DNA of 53,939 nucleotides from a virus (Duplodnaviria; Caudoviricetes): IMG/VR virus record IMGVR_UViG_3300037311_000136, positions 1 to 53,939 of that record; one strand, 5' to 3'. Shown piece by piece: positions 47,209 to 53,939 of this stretch (position 1 is its first letter; each line of letters starts with the position of its first letter). The notes under the pieces were generated by a model. It saw only the letters and a program-made list of their open reading frames with translations, ran no database searches and was not told where the DNA came from. The position numbers and the translations under genes were made by a program.

Positions 47209-48293
47209 TTTTTAGTTCCCCTTTCATAGTGCCAGCGCGCAATAGACAACGCCTTTTCCCAGCGAAAGTTTCGATTTTGCGGCTCAACTTTTTGCACCCA
47301 TTCCATAAATTGAGACGTATTTTCAAAATGCCACGTCGCGTCACGAAGCTGGGCAAACGACGCGCCATCTTCTAGCACTTCCGGTAGTGGCTTGTGGCCC
47401 TTTACCGCCCAAGCCTGTTTTCTATAGTAGCGTATTAATCCGCGAAAGTCACCTAATGCTACATATTCAGATGAGCGGCTTCCCGGCAACGGCGGACTTA
47501 CCTGTTCTAGCATGCCCAATTCTGTTAGTATGTTTATGCATTTATACACTTCATACGAAGGAAGCTTTAGCCAGTTGGCCAGTAATTTTGCCGGCAGTTC
47601 CGCGCCCTCAAAGTTGAGTAAATCGGAATGTCCGCCTATCTTTCTAAGCACTTGCGCAGATATTGGGGGCAGTGGGTATTGCTTTAGAAACTCTTCTTCG
47701 CTAATTATGCGTTCGTGATAGTCAAACCACTCTGCCCGCGACAGGTGCGTAACTTCGGCAAATGTCCATACTTTTGCATGCGGCAGGTAGGTGCTTAATA
47801 GCTCGGCCGATTCCTTTGACACAAAACATTGTATTGCAGCGGTTGTCGCCCTGTCCCACCAGTGCAGTTGCCCGGCATAACCGGTTGCGTTTAACAAAGC
47901 TTCCATAAAGTACTGCTGCATTTTGGCCGTATGCGGCACCAACTCTGAACAAAACGTTTCGACAACTACGGCAACTTTGGGCATGCCGGAGTAGGAATAG
48001 AACATAACCCCTTCAATTGCCTGGGCAAAATGCCAGGCTTTTTCCCGTGCCTCGTCTTCCGTCATCCCTTCCGGCATATCTTTAGCGTCAAAATCGTAGA
48101 ACAGCGCAATCTGCCCAGCGGCCTCCTGAGAACGCGAGCCCAGAAGTGGCAAATCTTTTTTGGCCGTACATTCGTTTATTTTTGCGGGGTAGATAGTTCC
48201 GCGCCAGGCATATTGCGGGCCCTGCTGGCTTAGGTGCTTCCAGCGTAGAGGCTTTCCGTTCGGCAGGCAAATGGCTCTTGAAAGTACCTGCAT
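47205..48293 (-). CDS. Putative replication protein with AEP (prim-pol)-like N-terminus and HTH
   Basis: FYDFD (DxD), SYSG motif, HTH-like LANWLKLPSYEVYKCINILTELGML. Confidence 0.45.
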   Translation of the reverse strand: MQVLSRAICLPNGKPLRWKHLSQQGPQYAWRGTIYPAKINECTAKKDLPLLGSRSQEAAGQIALFYDFDAKDMPEGMTEDEAREKAWHFAQAIEGVMFYSYSGMPKVAVVVETFCSELVPHTAKMQQYFMEALLNATGYAGQLHWWDRATTAAIQCFVSKESAELLSTYLPHAKVWTFAEVTHLSRAEWFDYHERIISEEEFLKQYPLPPISAQVLRKIGGHSDLLNFEGAELPAKLLANWLKLPSYEVYKCINILTELGMLEQVSPPLPGSRSSEYVALGDFRGLIRYYRKQAWAVKGHKPLPEVLEDGASFAQLRDATWHFENTSQFMEWVQKVEPQNRNFRWEKALSIARWHYERGTKK

Positions 48294-48356
48294 CGCGTGT
48301 CTCCCTGCGGGTGCAAAGTTATCACAGGGGCAATGGCCCCAGGTACGGGTTCTCTG

Positions 48357-49100
48357 TTATTTGTGTAGCGCATCGTCGACGCTCGCGTCAACTAGTCTGT
48401 CCGCGTCGATGCGGCAGAAGTCCCACGCGCCGTAGTTATGATTCGTCACGCGTGTTGCATGCCGCACAAATTCGGCAAGCGACATTTTGGCGCCTGCAAT
48501 TACCGCCGCGCACTTTCTACATATCGGCATTGTGTTGGAAAAACTAAAGCCGAGTCCGGGCAGCCAAACAGTCAGGCGATTTAGGCCGGTTAGATAGCGG
48601 GAGTTGCCGGCGAGCGGTTTATGTCCGCAGCTTTGGCAGGGGCCTGTAATCTTGCCCCACCATTCGTCGGGTGTAAGTGTCCAGGATTCCTTGAGTGTCT
48701 TGGCGCGGGTTATGTCGCCCGGCAGAAGTCTTTTTATAGCCGACTGCTTTGCGGACTCTTCGGACAGCACGTGTTCGCGGACGGAACATTCGGCGCGCCT
48801 GCATGTTAATCGCGCAAGTAGGTGCCGCGCATTTGGCGTGCGGCTCAAAAGCACGTCAAGTTTATGCGCCTGATTATTTGTCATCCGCAGCGTTTCGCCG
48901 CAGTCGCAGCGGAACAGCCACAACTTTGAGTGGGCATTTCCCGCGCGGCCCTTCCTCTTAATGCCCTCTACGCCCGTCAGGAACCCGAGCCGTCTGCCGG
49001 CCCAGTTTACCGAGCGTATATTACCAACTTTCATGCCCGCCATAGCCAAAGTCCCCCAGTTCTTACCGGGAACTATGCCCACTTCCGTAACCAAAGTCAA
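48357..49100 (-). CDS. Degenerate HNH-endonuclease-derived protein (start uncertain)
   Basis: WLFRCDCG, LTPDEW...PCQSCG, GLNRL...GFSFSNTMPICRKC. Confidence 0.6.
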   Translation of the reverse strand: MTLVTEVGIVPGKNWGTLAMAGMKVGNIRSVNWAGRRLGFLTGVEGIKRKGRAGNAHSKLWLFRCDCGETLRMTNNQAHKLDVLLSRTPNARHLLARLTCRRAECSVREHVLSEESAKQSAIKRLLPGDITRAKTLKESWTLTPDEWWGKITGPCQSCGHKPLAGNSRYLTGLNRLTVWLPGLGFSFSNTMPICRKCAAVIAGAKMSLAEFVRHATRVTNHNYGAWDFCRIDADRLVDASVDDALHK

Positions 49101-49378
49101 TGCTGCTGTAACTGGCTAATTTTACAGGCGGCCCGGCTTTATTGGAAAACGGCCCCGAGTGTGGGGGACTAGTCATACTCTTACCCCCTCACTTCCCCCA
49201 CTTGTACCTGCAAGCAAACACTACCTAAAATTATCGGGGGGTAGAGGAGGGGTGACTTTCAACCGCCAATTCCTACCCGGCTTCTGCATGCCCCGCAACA
49301 TCTGCGCCGATGAATATCTACTATTATACGCGCCAATATATCTGTCGCCGGAAATGTTACGCCGCGTTGTCCATCCCC

Positions 49379-49407
49379 ACAGTATCTGCCCCGGATACCT
49401 ATGTCAA
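49379..49407 (-). promoter_or_regulatory. sigma70-like promoter of the leftward operon, with an inverted repeat over spacer and -10
   Basis: TTGACA-17-TACTGT; GTATC...GATAC inverted repeat. Confidence 0.55.
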
Positions 49408-49499
49408 GGGCGTGGCGCTGGTGGGCTCAAGCCAAGACTCCGCAGGCGCGGAGTTGCAGGCGCAAGTGTCCGAAACTACGGCGCTTGATGTAATTTAGC

Positions 49500-49526
49500 T
49501 AAAGTTTTTTGGCCAAATGTCGAAAT
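49500..49526 (+). promoter_or_regulatory. sigma28 (FliA)-like promoter
   Basis: TAAAGTTT-N11-GTCGAAAT. Confidence 0.65.
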
Positions 49527-49577
49527 GAATTGTATGAGGGTTGCAGTGGTTGCAGTCCTCTTACCGGGAGAACGGCG

Positions 49578-49751
49578 ATGTCAAACACAAAGGCGAAGAT
49601 TCAAGTCAAGAACCTGAGTGTCCAGCTCCGCGGAAACCTGTACTGGATTGTCGACGTTACCACCGGCTACGTGTACCAGAGCCGTGCATTCACCACACGT
49701 TCGGAAGCCAATGCAATCTTGTCGATGGCTCGTGCTGTGTGTGGTGCCTAA
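49578..49751 (+). CDS. Small early protein
   Basis: GGGAG RBS before ATG 49578. Confidence 0.6.
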   Translation: MSNTKAKIQVKNLSVQLRGNLYWIVDVTTGYVYQSRAFTTRSEANAILSMARAVCGA

Positions 49752-49766
49752 CCCAAAGGAGTGTAC

Positions 49767-49847
49767 GTGGAATTGCTACTGATAAGTTGGTTCTATGTTT
49801 CATCTGCATCGCTTGGAATTTTGGTTATTGCGTCTTTGTTCAACTAA
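49767..49847 (+). CDS. 26-aa hydrophobic peptide (not in ORF track)
   Basis: AAGGAG RBS, GTG start; MELLLISWFYVSSASLGILVIASLFN. Confidence 0.55.
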   Translation: MELLLISWFYVSSASLGILVIASLFN

Positions 49848-49866
49848 CTTTTAAGGAGTAAATAAC

Positions 49867-50037
49867 ATGGAACTGCTAGCAACATTCACTTCGATTGTCC
49901 TACTTCCCCTGGGTATTCTTATGGCCTTTGTTATGGCTTTATCCTTTAGTCTAACTGCCTATGGAGTTGTTACCGCGATTAGACAGCGCCGTTCGATTGA
50001 CGATGCGCATAACGGCGAGTTCCGCAACTTGGACTAA
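49867..50037 (+). CDS. 56-aa membrane protein (not in ORF track)
   Basis: TAAGGAG RBS; MELLATFTSIVLLPLGILMAFVMALSFSLTAYGVVTAIRQRR... Confidence 0.7.
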   Translation: MELLATFTSIVLLPLGILMAFVMALSFSLTAYGVVTAIRQRRSIDDAHNGEFRNLD

Positions 50038-50059
50038 CCACAGGCAAATTTAGGTGGAT

Positions 50060-50086
50060 TAAAGAAGTTTAGGCAAGTGTCGAAGA
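50060..50086 (+). promoter_or_regulatory. sigma28 (FliA)-like promoter
   Basis: TAAA-N15-GTCGAAGA. Confidence 0.55.
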
Positions 50087-50148
50087 ATTACTTAACAACA
50101 GTACGAATGGTTCGGCTGTTGGACAACCAAGATTTGGGAGCGCCCGTC

Positions 50149-50505
50149 ATGAAAGCAAAACAACAAAATAGCCGGTTTGCCAATAAAGACTACACACTAA
50201 AAGTTCTCTTGGACGTGTTGAAAACAGGCGACGCCACAAAGCTAAGTAAAAAGGCTTATGAAGAGCTATATCTACTTCCAGGTTTTATAGCGCATTTCAA
50301 TGCAAGCGGATTTGCCCAAGCGCGTTTATTAAATATCAATGCAACAGCGGCCGCTTGGACTTTGCGTGTTCTTGCTAAGCATGGCCTGGAAGACGAGAGA
50401 CTAACTGCCGCTATAAAATCACAATGTTTAAAGTGTGCCTCTGAAATTCAAGAACGTGCCAAAAACCTGTATGCAGAAGCAGAGAAGTTTGCTGTTGGGG
50501 AATAA
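50149..50505 (+). CDS. Hypothetical protein
   Basis: GGGAG RBS before ATG 50149. Confidence 0.6.
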   Translation: MKAKQQNSRFANKDYTLKVLLDVLKTGDATKLSKKAYEELYLLPGFIAHFNASGFAQARLLNINATAAAWTLRVLAKHGLEDERLTAAIKSQCLKCASEIQERAKNLYAEAEKFAVGE

Positions 50506-50581
50506 CCTATATAAGGATGGCCTATTTTAGAAAAGCAGGTTCGTGGAGTTGCCTAACTTATACGTACAGGAGTAGTATAAT

Positions 50582-51088
50582 ATGAACAAGAAATATGAGT
50601 TACTGGAACGGGATACAGAAACTGGGCTGTACCTTATCAAGGCGTTGCGAGACTTCGGCGATGTAAAGGCCGGGGATGTTGGTGGTTATATTGAGTCTGA
50701 GGATAATTTATCTCACAAAGGCAACTGCTGGGTATATGACAATGCGCGGGTGTATGGAAATGCGCAAGTGTTTGGTGGTGCACAGGTGTTTGGTAACGCG
50801 TGGGTAACCGACAAGGCTCAGGTGTATGGAAATGCGCAGGTATATGATAACGCATGGGTTTATGGTAGTACAAAAGTGTATAACAAGGCGCAAGTGTTTG
50901 GAAAGGCGGAAATATATGAAAATGCTCAAGTACATGGAGTTGCGTGGGTATCCGACACTGCAAAAATATATGGACACACACAAATATCCGGGAATGCGCG
51001 TGTATTTGGTAACGCGCGAGTGTGTGGCAATGCAAAAGTATCAGAAAATGAAGATGTATTTAACAACGAGACAGAAAGGATAGGATAG
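50582..51088 (+). CDS. Hexapeptide-repeat (left-handed beta-helix) phage protein
   Basis: ALRDFGDVKAGDVGGYIESEDNLS followed by many VYGNAQ-type hexads. Confidence 0.85.
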   Translation: MNKKYELLERDTETGLYLIKALRDFGDVKAGDVGGYIESEDNLSHKGNCWVYDNARVYGNAQVFGGAQVFGNAWVTDKAQVYGNAQVYDNAWVYGSTKVYNKAQVFGKAEIYENAQVHGVAWVSDTAKIYGHTQISGNARVFGNARVCGNAKVSENEDVFNNETERIG

Positions 51089-51089
51089 C

Positions 51090-51371
51090 ATGGACACATT
51101 ACAAATGCGGCTTGCGCACGCCGGCCAGATGATGGATAGGGACGTGGTGCTGGACACACTGAACGTGGATGATTTGACTTGGGCTTTATGCTTTGTCGAA
51201 AGTGTGGCTCCTGAGGTTAGTTTGCAGCTGAGCAAACCCTACCTGCACTCGTCCGAGTTTATGTGTGAAACCTACGGCGACTTGCTGGACGCTATGGAGT
51301 TTGCGGCCATGGAGCAGCTTAAAACAATTCGGGTATCTATATACTCGGAGTTTGAACGGGGGGAAATCTAG
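51090..51371 (+). CDS. Hypothetical protein
   Basis: Operon continuity; AGGA upstream. Confidence 0.6.
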   Translation: MDTLQMRLAHAGQMMDRDVVLDTLNVDDLTWALCFVESVAPEVSLQLSKPYLHSSEFMCETYGDLLDAMEFAAMEQLKTIRVSIYSEFERGEI

Positions 51372-51373
51372 CC

Positions 51374-51952
51374 ATGCTATACAGCGAACGCCTCTATCGT
51401 GTCGACGGCCCGGACGGCGTGCAGCATATCGACTTGCTCGGCGAGCTGCCCGTTATTGTAAACAACATGCAATTTGTCATGCATGCCTGGCATGTCACAT
51501 TCCTCGACGGGACGCAGATACTTGTCCATGCCCGCGTGTCCCCCTTTGAAAACCTCATGGACTTGGTGGCCAGACGGGCAGATGCCACACTTCTCGCGCA
51601 AGTAGTTGAACGCGCGCTCGGCTATCGCGACGAACTACTACTCAACAGTCCCAATGTTGCGGACTTCGGTGTGTATCATGAGAGGCGTCGTCTCGAAGCC
51701 GCGCGTGGTAAAGAACGGCCGAGTACTTCAGGCAGCTACGACGAGCGTATACAAGAAGCAAAACGCCGAATTGAGGCGGCCAATGCAGCTGCCCGGCGGG
51801 AGCATAACGAACGCATATCTAAAACCTACGGCCTCAAAAAGCCGGTGGCCGAGCGCTGGAAGGACGCGCAGCTGCCCGGCCGGGGAGCGCCGCCAGCACC
51901 CAATCCGTTAGGCGGTTCAAATAAAGGGGACGACGATGCAAACAAAGACTGA
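51374..51952 (+). CDS. Hypothetical protein
   Basis: Operon continuity; C-terminal coiled coil. Confidence 0.65.
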   Translation: MLYSERLYRVDGPDGVQHIDLLGELPVIVNNMQFVMHAWHVTFLDGTQILVHARVSPFENLMDLVARRADATLLAQVVERALGYRDELLLNSPNVADFGVYHERRRLEAARGKERPSTSGSYDERIQEAKRRIEAANAAARREHNERISKTYGLKKPVAERWKDAQLPGRGAPPAPNPLGGSNKGDDDANKD

Positions 51953-52142
51953 GCCTGTACTGGTATTCCGATACTTTGTAGACGGTTCAACCGGGCTATG
52001 GTCTGGTGTTATCTACCTAGCGCCGCGAGTCGCGGGGTTTGTAGTTACGGGCTGCGCAACACAGCAGGAAGCTGCGGAAAGGCTTCAAGAAAAGTTGAAC
52101 CTCTACATTTTCGGCGGGGAGTTTGGCAATGCAGTTGGATAG
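51936..52142 (+). CDS. Hypothetical protein
   Basis: AAGGGGA RBS. Confidence 0.55.
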   Translation: MQTKTEPVLVFRYFVDGSTGLWSGVIYLAPRVAGFVVTGCATQQEAAERLQEKLNLYIFGGEFGNAVG

Positions 52143-52413
52143 CAAGGCACCTACAACTGTCCAGATTTTTGACAGTTCTGAGGCACGTGTCAAAAGTTTG
52201 GGCAGTCGGGGTGTTGAAAGTTTAAACAACTTCCTGCAAAATTTGGCGGGGAGAGGTGAAACTGGTTTTTCAGTAGCCGTTCCGGCCGCGCAAATCAAGC
52301 TGTCTCAATTACTTAGGTTCACCGCAATTGGCTTTGTAATAGTTCTGCAGTTTGTACAACTAAAGTTATTTGCGCTACTTTCCGAAGCGTTCTATGCACA
52401 AAACGAAAAGTAA
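52123..52413 (+). CDS. Hypothetical membrane protein
   Basis: GGGGAG RBS; C-terminal hydrophobic segment. Confidence 0.5.
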   Translation: MAMQLDSKAPTTVQIFDSSEARVKSLGSRGVESLNNFLQNLAGRGETGFSVAVPAAQIKLSQLLRFTAIGFVIVLQFVQLKLFALLSEAFYAQNEK

Positions 52414-52711
52414 AATGCGAAAACAGTGGGAGTCAAAAATGAAACGCGCCATTACCCAGTTCACCGTGAAAAAACCACCTATCCCGGCCCGAGCGCCCGG
52501 CCCCGCAGCGAAGATAGCCAACGCCGAGCTGCTCAAACTCAACCTTGAGTTGCGCGCGCTTGGGCTGCATGTGCAATGGGACGCCGTCAACAATGTAAAC
52601 TACGTAATGCTTCCCGCGGGCGGTATCCGCGTTATCTCGACACTTGAAGAGGGTATTCGGTTCAAGGGCCTCTGGGACGAGGAGTTTGCGGATGTTGGGG
52701 AGGATAAGTAA
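52370..52711 (+). CDS. Hypothetical protein (start probably 52415 or 52439)
   Basis: Operon continuity; GGGAG before ATG 52439. Confidence 0.55.
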   Translation: MRYFPKRSMHKTKSKMRKQWESKMKRAITQFTVKKPPIPARAPGPAAKIANAELLKLNLELRALGLHVQWDAVNNVNYVMLPAGGIRVISTLEEGIRFKGLWDEEFADVGEDK

Positions 52712-52712
52712 C

Positions 52713-53324
52713 ATGACGGCCACAAGGCGTTCATACAAACACGGTACTACATTGAGGCCGGGCACTGCAATTATGCGCTGGGCCACGGCGTACTTGGAGC
52801 TCGCCTCCGGGGTAAATGGCGGCCCCCGCATTACCCGTTCCGAAGCGTCCCTGCGGCTTGCCGAGATACTGGGCCTCGATGAGTTTACAGTCGCCCAGAT
52901 TCGCGGGAACAATCGCGCGTGGGCCTATACATTTGACGGCGACGTGCCGAAGCTGCAGGTTCACATGCCCGAGCTTACGGATGGAGTTATAGAAGAGCTC
53001 GAAGAGTTGGTTACCTGGGACGAGCTGGCTGAAGATATTATGCCGGGTTCTCCAAAGGCCGGCCAGAGTGTGGCCGCACTTGGGCTGTCCGGCTGGCTTC
53101 CCGCCGAAGCGGACGACTCGGACGGCGCGTTACTTGAGCTTGCGCTGGCCGCGGAGTCGGCGGCCGTAGATGAGTCCCGTTCCCGCAAGTGTATGTCCTG
53201 CGCCAAGCCATTCAAGTCCTTTCACGGCGGCCACCGTGTATGCGACACCTGCAAAAAAAGCTGGCGCGCAATCGGCCCGCGTCTCGGCGAAAGTGGTTCC
53301 GACTGGGAGTTGTCCGGCGACTGA
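52713..53324 (+). CDS. Hypothetical protein with C-terminal zinc finger, possible regulator
   Basis: GGAGG RBS; RKCMSCAKPFKS...RVCDTCK. Confidence 0.6.
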   Translation: MTATRRSYKHGTTLRPGTAIMRWATAYLELASGVNGGPRITRSEASLRLAEILGLDEFTVAQIRGNNRAWAYTFDGDVPKLQVHMPELTDGVIEELEELVTWDELAEDIMPGSPKAGQSVAALGLSGWLPAEADDSDGALLELALAAESAAVDESRSRKCMSCAKPFKSFHGGHRVCDTCKKSWRAIGPRLGESGSDWELSGD

Positions 53325-53340
53325 TTGCCTTTCAACCCTT

Positions 53341-53790
53341 TCACTGTCCCCGATTCCCTCCGCCTATTTTATTCCCCGCGCGAAAGTTTTTTCGTTTTGT
53401 ATATAAATACGAGGAGCCGAAAGGCGACGAAGTATTTATATTTATTGCGTCCGCTATATTGCGGGCGCCTCACAACTGCGGCAGGATACTTCGCGGCGTC
53501 TATGCATTCGTATGAAATGGCCACTGTAATGAACGTTGTTCACGAAGTGAACTCTTCTCGTTGCGCTTGTTTCATTGCGTATGTATTTAGGCTTCGCGTT
53601 TGCCCCAAGCGTTCGCATTGGCGCTGCATCGAAACCGGCTACACGAACCCGCATTGAATGGGGACAGTGATAACATGACTAAGCATTGGTTCGTTGCGCC
53701 GCTTTCTTCGCTAAGCAGGGGCAAACGCAAGCCCTTACTGCTCCCCCGCTCCGCTTCACACTCCGCAATAACTCGGGTTATTTCACTTCG
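53341..53790. other. Structured non-coding element (ncRNA or origin candidate)
   Basis: 15-bp closing inverted repeat and several perfect hairpins; no convincing ORF. Confidence 0.5.
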
Positions 53791-53812
53791 TCGCGTCACT
53801 CCGTTCAACAAC

Positions 53813-53939
53813 CCTCGTCATTGCGTTCGTGTTCAGCTTCGCTGCCCCCTCAGCAATTCCTCATACGGAATAGCATATTTTTTACGGCTTGTCAAACTTT
53901 TAAAAATATATTTTATTTTCCAAAGATATTGCCGACTTG
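53813..53939. repeat. Terminal direct repeat, identical to 1-127
   Basis: Exact identity. Confidence 0.95.

Noticed and set aside
50740-51050. Diversity-generating or CRISPR-like 18-nt repeats
   Set aside because: Explained by the hexapeptide coding repeat; no reverse transcriptase in the genome
53325-53811. Short ORFs in the terminal non-coding region
   Set aside because: Weak starts, no RBS, atypical composition; better explained as structured non-coding sequence

Overview
The window is an apparently complete, circularly assembled tailed-phage genome of about 53,812 bp. Bases 1-127 repeat exactly at 53813-53939, which is most likely an assembler k-mer overlap. The architecture is podovirus-like. 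One long minus-strand block encodes a degenerate HNH, an AEP-like replication protein, TerS, TerL, portal, scaffold, major capsid, a GIY-YIG endonuclease, a decoration protein, a tail fibre, adaptor, a very large nozzle, a LamG protein and five ejection-type proteins, with a GH24 endolysin beyond it. The plus strand carries small early genes and DNA-metabolism genes: a Cas4-like nuclease, an SSB-like protein, PolA, RuvC, a dNTP diphosphohydrolase, a DinG helicase and a PD-(D/E)XK nuclease. I recognised no integrase, RNA polymerase, tRNA or CRISPR array. The most notable observations are: (1) PolA is fractured into two genes joined by a naturally split intein, with an HNH endonuclease between the halves that overlaps both and carries a frameshifted C-terminal extension. 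(2) Five sigma28/FliA-like promoters precede early genes while sigma70-like promoters serve other modules, which may point to a Bdellovibrionota-like host. (3) The non-palindromic 9-mer GGGGACAGT is dispersed genome-wide far above chance. (4) A hairpin-rich non-coding element at the genome junction is closed by an inverted pair of that 9-mer. (5) RBS-sequestering hairpins precede the GIY-YIG and scaffold genes. All calls were made by eye from motifs and gene order; no database searches were run.
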